NCBI GenBank assembly: GCA_045567955.1
Contig: JBJLBX010000018.1
Location: 9,292-73,291, forward strand
Length of the DNA: 64,000 bases
Direction of reading: 5' to 3'
From: Candidatus Poseidoniales archaeon
Lineage (GTDB): Archaea > Thermoplasmatota > Poseidoniia > MGIII > CG-Epi1
The notes under the pieces were generated by a model that saw nothing but the letters and a program-made list of their open reading frames with translations, did not search any database and was not told the origin of the DNA. The position numbers were made by a program, and so were the translations under genes. Below, in pieces: positions 1 through 10,188 of this stretch (position 1 is its first letter; each line of letters opens with the position of its first letter).

Positions 1-1126
1 GGGCTAAGTCAAGTACTATTGGAGCTGCAAGAATAGAATCTCTACACAAGAAATCAACCTTAATCTGCATAGGATATCCTAACCATCCTTTAATATCAAT
101 ATTATCCCATCCTTCTTTATTATCTCCTCGAGGCGGATAATAATTAATCCGAACTTTGTGATATAAGTCACCGTATAATTCAGGATATTTTTCAGGTTCA
201 AGTATTTGTTCAAGAACACCTAATTTAGAAACCTCTTTAGTCTTAAAGGATTCAGGATCATCAAGAACTTCACCATCTCTATTTCCTAAAATATTAGTTG
301 AAAACCAACCATCGACACCAATCTTCCTGGCTTTGAAACCCGGTGCTAAAATTGTTTTCATTAAAGTCTGTCCAGTTTTGAAATCTTTACCAGCAATTGG
401 TACTCTTTCTTTTGCTGCTAATGAATACATTGCTGGAAAATCTACAGATAAGTTAGGCGCTCCATTAGCATAGGGTATTCCTTCTTTTAAAGCTGCATAT
501 GCATAAAGAATTGAAGGAGCCATGGGAGTATTATCATCATCTAAGGCACTTTCAAATGATTCAAGTGAACCATAAACCGAATCATGAGGTTCTTGGTATA
601 TCTCTGTGCTACCACACCAAATCATAACAGCTCTATCCAAATTATTTTTTTCTTTAAAATCACGGATATCTTGCCTTAAAGCCTCAATTCGAGCTCTGTG
701 GCCTTTAATCGATTTAATGTAAGTTCCATCTAATTTTTTAACAAAATCCTTGTCAAAAACTGCTTTCATTGGTTTGATAAGTGATAATTCTGATTTGATC
801 TGATTAAGTAATTCCTTTTCAATAACACCTGCTTTTACTGCAGCTTCATAACAATTGTCTTCAAAAATATCCCAACCACCGAATACTAAATCATCTAATT
901 TAGTCAACGGTACAAAATCTTTGATATTTACTTCACGATTTTCATTTCTTTTTCCTAAACGTAATGAACCCATTTGTGTTATCGAACCTATTGGACTTGA
1001 AAAATTATTACGAATTGCTAATGTTCCGGCTATAAATGTCGTACTTACAGCTCCCAAACCAGGCATCAAAACACCAAGTTTACCGCTGCAGTCTTCTATC
1101 TTTGCTGGACTATCGATAACAGTCAT
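1..1126 (-). CDS. ino1: myo-inositol-1-phosphate synthase (3' end truncated by window edge)
   Basis: Not in the ORF track. Manual minus-strand translation from ATG at 1126 gives MTVIDSPAKIEDCSGKLGVLMPGLGAVSTTF...LVFGGWDIF...GKDFKTGQT...DFLCRDSILAAPIVLDLA, which are hallmark MIPS motifs. Confidence 0.93.
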   Translation of the reverse strand, partial: MTVIDSPAKIEDCSGKLGVLMPGLGAVSTTFIAGTLAIRNNFSSPIGSITQMGSLRLGKRNENREVNIKDFVPLTKLDDLVFGGWDIFEDNCYEAAVKAGVIEKELLNQIKSELSLIKPMKAVFDKDFVKKLDGTYIKSIKGHRARIEALRQDIRDFKEKNNLDRAVMIWCGSTEIYQEPHDSVYGSLESFESALDDDNTPMAPSILYAYAALKEGIPYANGAPNLSVDFPAMYSLAAKERVPIAGKDFKTGQTLMKTILAPGFKARKIGVDGWFSTNILGNRDGEVLDDPESFKTKEVSKLGVLEQILEPEKYPELYGDLYHKVRINYYPPRGDNKEGWDNIDIKGWLGYPMQIKVDFLCRDSILAAPIVLDLA

Positions 1127-1167
1127 AGGATAATTATTGTATTAGGTGATTATATTAACAATTATAG

Positions 1168-1932
1168 TTATTCATAAATTACTGAAAGACATGTCAACGA
1201 ACCATCTCCTGCCCTAAATTGAGACATCTCCATATAATGTAAATTTAGTCCTTTATCAAGTAAAATCTCAGAAGTTTTTTCATAACCTTTAGAAACCATT
1301 ACATCTTTCCCAAATGAAATCACATTGGCCCCATAAGCTTCCTCACTAGGTACTAAAAGTAATTCTATCCCTTCAGGAAAATCAGTCGATTTAAACCAAC
1401 CCTCGGGAGCAAGAAGAACGCCAGGCATAGGTGAAGTACAAACTGAGATTAAATGAAGTGATCTTTTTGGAACTTCAATAACATGTAAATCAAAACCTCG
1501 AAACTCAACAAAATCTTTCAAATTTTGAATGCCTTGTCTATTAGTACGACTACTATGACCTACCAAAAATTTATTTCCAAACTGAAATACATCACCTCCG
1601 TCCATTCGCCCTCCTGAAGCCATGTATTCTAAATTTAGATCTCCTTCTAAGGCCTCTATGACTGCTTCTTTCTCACCTAACCGAGAATCATGGCCAGCAT
1701 TTGTAATCAATGCAGAATCGCCAGCTACAATGGCATGATCTTCGACAAAACAACAGTCTGGATAATCGGGATGTGAATCTAATTCTCTAACTATTAATCC
1801 TAATTCTCTCAACTTAGAAACATATGCTGAATGCTGTGCCTTTGCTTCTTCTAAATCAGTTGGACCGCTACCAAAAAACGATGCTAAGGCTTTTTCATAT
1901 GAGTTTGAAACTCCACGCACTATAGCCCTCAC
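1168..1932 (-). CDS. dimethylarginine dimethylaminohydrolase / amidinotransferase (pentein) family protein
   Basis: Motifs FVED, DGGDV, HL and C-terminal GSLTC (catalytic Asp/His/Cys). The GTG start overlaps the dys stop. Confidence 0.88.
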   Translation of the reverse strand: MRAIVRGVSNSYEKALASFFGSGPTDLEEAKAQHSAYVSKLRELGLIVRELDSHPDYPDCCFVEDHAIVAGDSALITNAGHDSRLGEKEAVIEALEGDLNLEYMASGGRMDGGDVFQFGNKFLVGHSSRTNRQGIQNLKDFVEFRGFDLHVIEVPKRSLHLISVCTSPMPGVLLAPEGWFKSTDFPEGIELLLVPSEEAYGANVISFGKDVMVSKGYEKTSEILLDKGLNLHYMEMSQFRAGDGSLTCLSVIYE

Positions 1933-2858
1933 AATAAAGGCCCCAAAATCAATGGCAGCATTACCGTTGCATCTCCTTCAACTGTTATCCGTCTTGCCTT
2001 AGGTTGTACTTTACCCCAAGAAACTGCTTCTCTAACTCTAGCACCACTAAGAGAACCATCCCACTCAGGTGCTGTAGTTACTTGAACTGCATAATCTAAA
2101 CCTTCTCTAAATTGATTCCACCAAATAGTATGATGCTTAGAGATACCTCCACCAACCATCAAAGCTCCAGTAGCTTTAGCTTCATGAACTATGTCTGATA
2201 ATTCATTTTCTTCTGCAAATAAATCTAAAGTAAAATCTCTATGATCTTGCCAGAATAACCACAATTGTGAACCTACGGCTCCGTCAGTAGGACCTGGGAC
2301 AAATACCTTAACATTCTTTCGAGCGCAGGCTGCTAAAAAAGATTCAGAGCCATTATCTTCTTTGGCTAAACGAAGGCCCAATTCACGCCATATCTTCCAC
2401 GGAATCCAACGGCTATCTTTTTCATATAACTCTTCTAAAATAGGTTGCATCCATTTTTCAATAGGAATCCCATAAGAATCATCTGGAACTAAAACATTTC
2501 CAAGACGATTAACTCCTTCTTCCCTCAATTTTTGATCATCCATAGCAAAATCGCCATGATAATAATCTGCTAAAATTCTGGCTATATCATGATCTAAAGT
2601 ACCACAAGTAGTAACTACAACATCAACATGATCTTGTTCTATTAATTGTCTAAGAAGTCCTCGAGTTCCTGTTGCCATTATGTCTGCCGGAAATGAAATG
2701 AATTTTGTACAATTATCTTTTTGCATATCCTGAAGAATAGATGTTGCCGTAGCTATCTTTGTTGCTACAAAACCACCTGCATCACTAAATTGTGAAATCA
2801 GTTCAGACAACTTAGTATTAGAATCGATGTGGATATCTTTTACTGGTATTTTACGCAT
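1929..2858 (-). CDS. dys: deoxyhypusine synthase
   Basis: Motifs [23 protein letters not shown] and DGSLSGA..EAVSWGK (active-site Lys). Confidence 0.96.
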   Translation of the reverse strand: MRKIPVKDIHIDSNTKLSELISQFSDAGGFVATKIATATSILQDMQKDNCTKFISFPADIMATGTRGLLRQLIEQDHVDVVVTTCGTLDHDIARILADYYHGDFAMDDQKLREEGVNRLGNVLVPDDSYGIPIEKWMQPILEELYEKDSRWIPWKIWRELGLRLAKEDNGSESFLAACARKNVKVFVPGPTDGAVGSQLWLFWQDHRDFTLDLFAEENELSDIVHEAKATGALMVGGGISKHHTIWWNQFREGLDYAVQVTTAPEWDGSLSGARVREAVSWGKVQPKARRITVEGDATVMLPLILGPLL

Positions 2859-5439
2859 CCTTAATCAATCCACAGGTACCACAGACATATTTGTCTCCAT
2901 CAAGAACTAATTTACCTTCGTCGCACTCTGAACAAGGCATATCATCATTAGGTGAAGGATCAACATTTCTTTCCTCATCTTCTTCATCATGTAAAGCTAC
3001 TGCCACGACTGTTTCCTTTTCATCAACTGACATTACCTTGACTCCCCTACCTACTCTTGCAATTTGTCTTATGCTTTCTATGTGTGTACGAATTACCTTT
3101 CCAGAAGAAGTTGTTGCTAATATTTGATTTGCTTGTCCGGGAGTAAAAGTAGCTATTACATGACCGCTTTTGTCATCAACTTTAATATTTTTAACACCTT
3201 TAGCACCTCTCTTTGTAAGACGATAATTACTTGCGCTAGCTCTTTTTCCATAACCTTTTTCAGTAATAGTTAACAAAATATCCTCTTCATTTACTAAAGT
3301 CATACCAATAACTTCATCTTTCTCTTTCAAACGCATACCTATTACTCCTTGACCGTTACGACCAACTATTCTAACTTCACCTTCTGAAAAACGATTAGCC
3401 ATTCCTAACTTAGTTGCAAGCATAACCTGACTATCTCCTTCTGATATGTCTACACCTATTAATTCATCATTTTCTTTAAGAGTAATGGCTCTAAAACCTT
3501 GATCACGAGCCCAAGCTCTTTGTATCCTTGAAGAATATTCTTCTAAACGAGTTTTCTTAACAATACCATTTTTAGTTGCAAATAAGAAATAATGTCCATC
3601 ACCAGTTAGATTAGCTACTGGTAACATACAAAGTACTTTTTCATCTTTAGATTGCCGCCCTTCATCCAATTTTTGAAGGAGTTGGACCAATGGCGTTCCT
3701 TTAGAATATCTTGAAACATCAGGTATCTGCCAAGCCTTTAGGAAATACATACTTCCTGCTGTCGTGAAGAAGAGTAAATGATCATGTGAGCCCATAGAGT
3801 ATAACTCAACCGGGAAATCACCCTCTTTAGCCTTAATTCCAATTCGACCTTTACCACCTCTGTGTTGTGCTTGATACTCATCTAAATCTACACGTTTAAT
3901 GTACCCTTCATGAGTTCGCATTACAACTACTTGTGAGCGTGGAATCAAATCTTCGGTAGCCAAATCACCGTCGAAATCTGAAATTAACGTTCTTCTTTCA
4001 TCACTATATTTTTCATTCAGTTGCGATAATTCTTCTTTAATAATTGCCAAAACCTTAGAAGAATCTGCTAAAATCGAATTAAGCTCTTCCATTGTTGCTT
4101 TCAATTCGTCTAATTCTTTTTTGCGTTCTTCTGCATCTTGTCTAGATAACTGGTACAAACGCATGTCTGCAATAGCTTTAGACTGAACTTCACTAAGTGA
4201 AAATTCTGTTTGAAGACCTGCTATTACTGCATCCCTACCTGCCGAATCTCGAATGAAAGCTATTACTGCATCCATTTGAGAAATTGCTAATAATAACCCT
4301 TCTACTATGTGAGCTCTTTCCTGAGCTTTCTTTAACCTATATTGAGTTCTTTTTGTTACTATTTCTTTACGATGCTCAAGATATACTTCTAACAAATCGA
4401 TTAAGCCCATTCGTCTAGGCTGACCTTTTACCAATGCAACATTATTAATCGCAAAGCTTGTCTCTAATACTGAATGTTTGTACAATTGATTTTCAACAAT
4501 CATTGGAGCTGCGTCACGTTTTAATTCAAAAACGACGCGCATTTCAGTCTGGTCAGATTCATCACGAATATCTCTAATACCTTCAATCTTTTTGTCACGC
4601 ACCATTTTGGATACATCTTCTAAAAGACGATTTTTTTGAACTAAAAATGGAATCTCTGTTACAACTAAATATTCATTCTTTTCAGTTGATTCATGTTTTA
4701 CAGTACCTCTCATTTTAACTGAACCTTGACCTTTACTATATGCGTCAAAAATACCTTTACGACCCATTATAGTACCTCCAGTAGGGAAATCAGGACCTGG
4801 CAGTACTTCCATTATTTCTGCTAGAGATACAGAAGGATTGTCAATCAATAAATTTATTGCCTCAGACACCTCCGATAAATTATGAGGTGCCATATTTGTG
4901 GCCATACCTACTGCAATACCTGAAGAACCATTCACTAAAAGACCAGGTAAAAGTCCTGGAAGAACTGAGGGCTCTTGTAAAGAACCATCATAATTGTCTC
5001 TAAAATCTACAGTTTCTTCATCGAGATCCGATAAAACAGTATCTGCAATAGTTGCTAGACGAGATTCTGTATAACGCATTGCTGCCGCTTTATCTCCATC
5101 TATCGAACCAAAATTTCCTTGGCCATCAACTAAGGGATATCTTAAAGAAAAATCTTGAGCCATACGGACCATTGTATCATATATGGCTTGATCTCCATGT
5201 GGATGATACTTACCCATAGTATCTCCAACTATTCTCGCAGATTTTTTATATGGTGAACGTGAACCTGAGCCCATCTCTTTCATAGCATAAAGTACTCTAC
5301 GATGTACTGGTTTGAGACCATCTCGAGCATCAGGAAGTGCGCGACCTACAATAACAGACATTGCATAATCCAAATAGGATTTACGCATCTCTTTCTCTAA
5401 GCTTATCTTCAAAATTGTGTCATTATTTTCAGTGGTCAA
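2851..5439 (-). CDS. gyrA: DNA gyrase subunit A
   Basis: Motifs [31 protein letters not shown] (catalytic Tyr), GyrA-box QHRGGKG and pinwheel repeats. TTG start with GAGG upstream. Confidence 0.98.
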   Translation of the reverse strand: MTTENNDTILKISLEKEMRKSYLDYAMSVIVGRALPDARDGLKPVHRRVLYAMKEMGSGSRSPYKKSARIVGDTMGKYHPHGDQAIYDTMVRMAQDFSLRYPLVDGQGNFGSIDGDKAAAMRYTESRLATIADTVLSDLDEETVDFRDNYDGSLQEPSVLPGLLPGLLVNGSSGIAVGMATNMAPHNLSEVSEAINLLIDNPSVSLAEIMEVLPGPDFPTGGTIMGRKGIFDAYSKGQGSVKMRGTVKHESTEKNEYLVVTEIPFLVQKNRLLEDVSKMVRDKKIEGIRDIRDESDQTEMRVVFELKRDAAPMIVENQLYKHSVLETSFAINNVALVKGQPRRMGLIDLLEVYLEHRKEIVTKRTQYRLKKAQERAHIVEGLLLAISQMDAVIAFIRDSAGRDAVIAGLQTEFSLSEVQSKAIADMRLYQLSRQDAEERKKELDELKATMEELNSILADSSKVLAIIKEELSQLNEKYSDERRTLISDFDGDLATEDLIPRSQVVVMRTHEGYIKRVDLDEYQAQHRGGKGRIGIKAKEGDFPVELYSMGSHDHLLFFTTAGSMYFLKAWQIPDVSRYSKGTPLVQLLQKLDEGRQSKDEKVLCMLPVANLTGDGHYFLFATKNGIVKKTRLEEYSSRIQRAWARDQGFRAITLKENDELIGVDISEGDSQVMLATKLGMANRFSEGEVRIVGRNGQGVIGMRLKEKDEVIGMTLVNEEDILLTITEKGYGKRASASNYRLTKRGAKGVKNIKVDDKSGHVIATFTPGQANQILATTSSGKVIRTHIESIRQIARVGRGVKVMSVDEKETVVAVALHDEEDEERNVDPSPNDDMPCSECDEGKLVLDGDKYVCGTCGLIKDA

Positions 5440-5508
5440 TATTTAACCTCAAATCAGTAGTTAACGCCATGAATAAACCCCCTTAAAAGGGACTCCCCTG
5501 ACACGCTT

Positions 5509-6033
5509 GTGGCACCCCCCTTAAACATTATAGTTATAAACTCTAAAAAAAATGAAGATTTCAATGATAAACATCGACGATTAATTGCAAAAATTGCCCC
5601 TATTTGCATAGCCTATGATTTCCACTTAACTTTAGTTAATTTTCAAATAAAAGATACGGCAGTCGATTTTGCTAAAGAAATTGCACCTGCAACTAGCATA
5701 GGTAGCAGTGGTGAGAAATTAATAACACTGGCGCAAAAAGGCAAAATTCAAATTACCGAATTACCTATCACTAATAATTTTGGTAAAATGATTATTTGTA
5801 CTTCAAAACCAAATAAAAAGAAAAATATTGACATTAATTATGTCGCTAGATTATCGAAAGAAAGAAAAGTTGCTCTCATATTTGGAACTGATGAAAAGAA
5901 AAATAAAAATATTAATAAATTATTAGAAAACTCAGATTATCACTGCGACATAAGTGGTAAAAATATTAAACTAGAATTGGACACCGAAATTGGAGCAATT
6001 ACAAGTATTATTCAAAAGATTAGAACAGCTTGA
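5509..6033 (+). CDS. DUF531-like SPOUT-fold putative RNA methyltransferase
   Basis: HRRLIAKIAPICIAYDFHL, TSIG and C-terminal HCDISGKNIKLELDTEIGAI resemble the archaeal DUF531 family. Confidence 0.7.
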   Translation: MAPPLNIIVINSKKNEDFNDKHRRLIAKIAPICIAYDFHLTLVNFQIKDTAVDFAKEIAPATSIGSSGEKLITLAQKGKIQITELPITNNFGKMIICTSKPNKKKNIDINYVARLSKERKVALIFGTDEKKNKNINKLLENSDYHCDISGKNIKLELDTEIGAITSIIQKIRTA

Positions 6034-6697
6034 GAGCCTCTTCAATTCGCCCTAATTCTATACCTGTACTTTGTTGACCACAAACAGCTCCACTAGAGGA
6101 TGAAACTACTCCTGCCCCGACTAAAGGCATACCAAAATTGACAGTCCCTTCCATAACTGGGACCTGGAATATTTTTTCCATAATATCTCTCTCATCATCT
6201 GAAATATCTGGATGACAAAGACCTCCATTGTTGTTTAAACAACCAATCATGCCTAAAGTATCCATCTGATTCAAAGATTGTGATTTGATTTTTATACCTA
6301 AAACTTCTTCAGATGATTTTATAGATCTTGAACTTAAATTTTCATTACAAAATCCACCATTATCATTAATCAAAAAATTATTCCCATTTGCATTCGATCG
6401 GTCAGATAATATTCCAAATTTTAAATTGAAACTATCTGAAATTGATTCTAATTTTTCAACTTCAAGTGATGTTACTAAGTTAGAAACTAGAATACCGTGA
6501 TTATTCATGGTAATCAATGTTCCTAAAACACTACTACCACCTATTGTTATTACCTCAATATCTGTGTTTAAAGCATCGGAAATAGCTTGCATATCATCTT
6601 TAGGTATCCCAGGAGGAACGAACGTTAAATTATCATTAGTAGTACAAAAAACCCCTGAATAAGGACTATTGAAAAGATTCTTTTGAATTAATGCCAT
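6020..6697 (-). CDS. eif6: translation initiation factor aIF6
   Basis: Motifs GSSVLG, GTVNFG and TGIELGRIEEAL. It lies in the S19e-L39e-L31e-eIF6 cluster. Confidence 0.95.
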   Translation of the reverse strand: MALIQKNLFNSPYSGVFCTTNDNLTFVPPGIPKDDMQAISDALNTDIEVITIGGSSVLGTLITMNNHGILVSNLVTSLEVEKLESISDSFNLKFGILSDRSNANGNNFLINDNGGFCNENLSSRSIKSSEEVLGIKIKSQSLNQMDTLGMIGCLNNNGGLCHPDISDDERDIMEKIFQVPVMEGTVNFGMPLVGAGVVSSSSGAVCGQQSTGIELGRIEEALKLF

Positions 6698-6702
6698 GAT
6701 GC

Positions 6703-7029
6703 CTATTCGGCAAGATGTACAATTACACTGCCATCTTCGAATTTTAAAGCTCTAACTCTAACTTTTGAAGGTGGTTTCTCGATTCCCTTAGACCAAATAT
6801 ATTGGTTTACCGGAGGATCAATAAATAATTGCTTTTCCTCACCACTTCCACTACGTGCGTCCAATGATTTTCTCAAAACTTCGCCATCCCTTTCTGGTTT
6901 CATATGTCTTGTGATAAAATCTTCGACAATACGCATAGCCACTGGAGCTCTTCGTGTACGAGGTACTTTGTGTAATTTACGTAAAGGTATAGTGTATAAT
7001 CTCTCCTGCATTAATTCATCGTCTGCCAT
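6703..7029 (-). CDS. rpl31e: 50S ribosomal protein L31e
   Basis: Motifs ERLYTIPL, RRAPVAM and NQYIWSKGIEKPP.KVRV. Confidence 0.96.
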   Translation of the reverse strand: MADDELMQERLYTIPLRKLHKVPRTRRAPVAMRIVEDFITRHMKPERDGEVLRKSLDARSGSGEEKQLFIDPPVNQYIWSKGIEKPPSKVRVRALKFEDGSVIVHLAE

Positions 7030-7035
7030 ATTTTA

Positions 7036-7191
7036 TCACCTATGAAGTTTACCACGACGCCAAAAATGACGTTTTGGATGATTGGTAAATCTACGATTAG
7101 TTCTTTGGATAACCCAAGCTGGAACTCTGCGATTACGCTTAACTAATTTATTTAAACGTAATTTTTTACCGTAAACTTTTCTACTTGACAT
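7036..7191 (-). CDS. rpl39e: 50S ribosomal protein L39e (51 aa)
   Basis: Below the ORF-track cutoff. Manual translation: [56 protein letters not shown] overlap with the rps19e stop. Confidence 0.96.
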   Translation of the reverse strand: MSSRKVYGKKLRLNKLVKRNRRVPAWVIQRTNRRFTNHPKRHFWRRGKLHR

Positions 7192-7643
7192 TAATACTTA
7201 CTGAGTGAACTCATCTCCTTTTGTAAATTCTTCTTAACTGCAAATGCAGTATTATCTAATATTGATTGGCCTTTCGGTGTTAAACCACGGCCACCTTGCT
7301 TTGACTTTTGTATAAAACCTGCAACTTCAAGTTGTTGCATAATTGATCTAAGAATTTTACGGCTTCCACCAAGACTCCTATTTGGTTTTGAACCTCGATC
7401 ACGGGCACCAGAGTAATGTTTTGCCAAGCGTTCAGTTCCAATTGGACCGTTAACTCCAATCTTTCTTAAAACTGAAGCTGTACGATAATACCACCAATCT
7501 GGTTGAGTAGGTGATTTTTCTTTGTGAACTGCAGTCTTTACAAAATTAGACCAATCTGGAGGAGAAATAGCGTCATCGCTCTTCAATGTGTTGGCAAGTG
7601 CGCCAACTAAGTGTTCACCAGGTACGTCGTATTGTGTTGTCAC
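7191..7643 (-). CDS. rps19e: 30S ribosomal protein S19e
   Basis: Motifs [18 protein letters not shown] and QQLEVAG..GR. The likely start is GTG at 7643 (MTTQYDVP) with GAGGA upstream; the ORF track extends to 7676. Confidence 0.96.
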   Translation of the reverse strand: MTTQYDVPGEHLVGALANTLKSDDAISPPDWSNFVKTAVHKEKSPTQPDWWYYRTASVLRKIGVNGPIGTERLAKHYSGARDRGSKPNRSLGGSRKILRSIMQQLEVAGFIQKSKQGGRGLTPKGQSILDNTAFAVKKNLQKEMSSLSKY

Positions 7644-7715
7644 GTTAATAAATCCTCTACGGGGATGACGCGCCACACGGACTATATTATAAACTTAAGC
7701 CTAATTGAAATATTA

Positions 7716-8141
7716 ATGGAAAGTGTCCAAAAATATCTTGAAGAGCACAATACTATGACGCTAGCCACCGTCGGTAAAAAAGGTATTTCTGCTGCTGCAG
7801 TTTTTTATGCTGAAACAAGAAAATACGATTCTTTGCTCTTTGTTAGTAGTCCTAAATCAGAACATATAACCAATTCATATGTTGAAAAAAAATGCGCAGC
7901 CACCATACAAAATGACGGACTCGAATGGGAAGTTATTAAAGGACTACAGCTAAAGGGTCATTTAGAATTGGCCGAAGATAGTGAATGGGATATTTATTTT
8001 GAAAAATTCCCATATGTTAAAAATAATAAAATCTTAGCGAAATCTTTAGAAAAAGTTAAATTGTATAAATTTATTATTTCTTGGGTTAGGTTTATAGATA
8101 ATTCAAAAGGATTTGGAAATCGACTTGAATTTAACATTTAA
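7716..8141 (+). CDS. pyridoxamine 5'-phosphate oxidase-like FMN-binding protein (YhbP-like)
   Basis: Motifs TMTLAT, AAAVFY, S.H, IKGLQLKG and RFIDNSKGFG. The likely start is ATG at 7716. Confidence 0.8.
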   Translation: MESVQKYLEEHNTMTLATVGKKGISAAAVFYAETRKYDSLLFVSSPKSEHITNSYVEKKCAATIQNDGLEWEVIKGLQLKGHLELAEDSEWDIYFEKFPYVKNNKILAKSLEKVKLYKFIISWVRFIDNSKGFGNRLEFNI

Positions 8142-8142
8142 A

Positions 8143-8370
8143 TCAATCTGTAAAAAGACTATTCTTGTGAAAATACCAAACCAAAGAGACAAAAACAAGT
8201 ATCAATACTCCAATTATAACAAAACCTAACATATTACCTACAACTGGAAAAACAAACAGGACAAAAAGACCTACGAAAAAAGTCCAAAAAAGTAAATACA
8301 ATAGATATACATGAGGGGCCAATTCAGGATCTCTGGCAGCATCTAATGTGAATAAAAGTCTCCAATTCAT
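8143..8370 (-). CDS. small two-TM membrane protein, unknown function
   Basis: 75-aa ORF with two hydrophobic segments, co-oriented with the upstream genes. Confidence 0.7.
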   Translation of the reverse strand: MNWRLLFTLDAARDPELAPHVYLLYLLFWTFFVGLFVLFVFPVVGNMLGFVIIGVLILVFVSLVWYFHKNSLFTD

Positions 8371-8390
8371 AAATTCCTTAAAAGAATATA

Positions 8391-9578
8391 CTAATTATCT
8401 TTTGGGGTACGTATTGAATCTACAAAACCTTGATCTATTAATCCTCTACCAACCAGTGCTGTATAGTTAGCTAATAGGATTACCACAATTCCTGAAACTA
8501 TAACTATTAAGTGCGAAATAAATCCTACATTCTTAATATTACTTATCAAATATGTACCCTCAGATGCAAGAAAAAAACTACTTGCTCCGTAGGCTGCCGT
8601 GAATGAAATTGCATATAAAATAACATTATGACGATTCATAAGATTTACTTTATTACTACCTTTCCTACTTTTCCTTTTCTCTGAACGAAGGGTTTGTGCC
8701 GAAAGGGAATATATGACTAACATAATTGTAATAATCATAAATACTAAATCAAACACAAAACTAGGTTGTCTCTCTCTAGAGTATAGCATAACTCCTAAAT
8801 GATATGCCAAGAAACTCCAATAACCAATAGCAAAATAACCCGAAAAAACCGAAACCATAGGATCTGACCAATTCTTAGAATTCATTCTATTTAAGAAATA
8901 AAAAGTTAAAGAACCTAAAATAATTAATATTACTAACCAAGCAATCTTGAATATTATACTAAAAATGACACCTTGTGATTCTAATATTGAGAATATACAA
9001 AATCCAATTAATGCCCAAAAAAATGGAGATACTGCATTCATATTTCTTCCAAAATTAGACCGAGTTGTACCTTTGACATTTATCATTTTTTTAAGTGCAA
9101 ATTCCTTGAACGGTACACGCATCCACCAAGCTTGTGCAAATTGCCAAAGTATGAATATAATGATTAAACTTAGTGATAAAAGATTCCTCACACTCTCACC
9201 ATATTCTGTAAACTCAAATGTATAATATATTATGGCAGATATGAAAAAAGATAAGCTCAACGGAATCAAAAGAATCTTTCGATAACTTCCAACAGAATAA
9301 TTCTTTACAGATTCTAAACGCATTAAAAAAGCTGTAATTAAGTAACCCCATGAAAAACCAAAACCCATAACTAAAATTAAATCTATGAATAATTGGTTTG
9401 AGCTTCTACTAAAAAATCCTAAAAGAAGTAGAAAAATAGATAATGAAAATGCATGTGGTGCTGTTTTTCTAGAAAATATAATTCTTAGAATATCAATATT
9501 TGTAATTGTTTTATGTTTTCGAGATTCTATGATTTCTGAGGATGGCGATTCTTTTTCTGATTCAGCTTTTTCTTCCAT
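8391..9578 (-). CDS. polytopic membrane protein, unknown function
   Basis: 395-aa ORF with about 10 hydrophobic segments. Confidence 0.75.
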   Translation of the reverse strand: MEEKAESEKESPSSEIIESRKHKTITNIDILRIIFSRKTAPHAFSLSIFLLLLGFFSRSSNQLFIDLILVMGFGFSWGYLITAFLMRLESVKNYSVGSYRKILLIPLSLSFFISAIIYYTFEFTEYGESVRNLLSLSLIIIFILWQFAQAWWMRVPFKEFALKKMINVKGTTRSNFGRNMNAVSPFFWALIGFCIFSILESQGVIFSIIFKIAWLVILIILGSLTFYFLNRMNSKNWSDPMVSVFSGYFAIGYWSFLAYHLGVMLYSRERQPSFVFDLVFMIITIMLVIYSLSAQTLRSEKRKSRKGSNKVNLMNRHNVILYAISFTAAYGASSFFLASEGTYLISNIKNVGFISHLIVIVSGIVVILLANYTALVGRGLIDQGFVDSIRTPKDN

Positions 9579-10188
9579 TATGTCTAAACCCTCTTGAATT
9601 AAATTTCTTTTCGGGTAAATAAAAGCATGTTATTCTCGAAATTTCTAAAGCATATGCTGTTTTTGCTAATTTACCTCCGTGTAAATTAATTGCCTTTATT
9701 CGTGCCATTTTACCCTCAAGACGAATAGTTGTACCTACTCGAAATTCTTCTTGAGATTCAAATTCTTGTTTAATTGAAAGTGTAGACTCACCATCGTGTA
9801 TTGCAAATCTAACACGTGCATGGGTCGCTCTTTTAGCCCAAACTATAGGATTATCTTGTGAGTAGGCTGAAGGAGGGCGTTTGCTATCTAGTTCAAGCCC
9901 TGTAATCAAAATCAATCCATCAGGATGAGGACGAGTTTCTCCCACATTAATACTAACTCCTCGATCTACATACATAATTCCATTCTCAGTTTTATCTTCA
10001 TTAGAAATACGTAATCTCAATTCTAGTGGAGGTTCTTCTTTAATCTCAGTGGAACCTGTAGAATTACACTCTAAACATGTAACAACTCCTTGGAAACTAA
10101 ACCCCTTTTTAGAGGATGTACGACTCTTAAGAACTTTATGTGGACATTCTTCTCCACATACTTCACAAAATATCCAGATTTCTTCCAT
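9562..10188 (-). CDS. archaeal zinc-finger protein (HVO_0476-like)
   Basis: N-terminal CEVCG..H.VLK...CLEC followed by two beta-rich repeats (IVWAK). Confidence 0.8.
   Translation of the reverse strand: MEEIWIFCEVCGEECPHKVLKSRTSSKKGFSFQGVVTCLECNSTGSTEIKEEPPLELRLRISNEDKTENGIMYVDRGVSINVGETRPHPDGLILITGLELDSKRPPSAYSQDNPIVWAKRATHARVRFAIHDGESTLSIKQEFESQEEFRVGTTIRLEGKMARIKAINLHGGKLAKTAYALEISRITCFYLPEKKFNSRGFRHNGRKS

Noticed and set aside
855..1133. 92-aa plus-strand ORF
   Set aside because: It is the antisense shadow of ino1, which the track missed because ino1 runs off the window edge.
7611..7715. Head-to-head overlap between rps19e and the FMN-binding gene
   Set aside because: It is an artefact of longest-ORF calling. 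The likely starts at 7643 (minus) and 7716 (plus) leave a normal divergent promoter gap.
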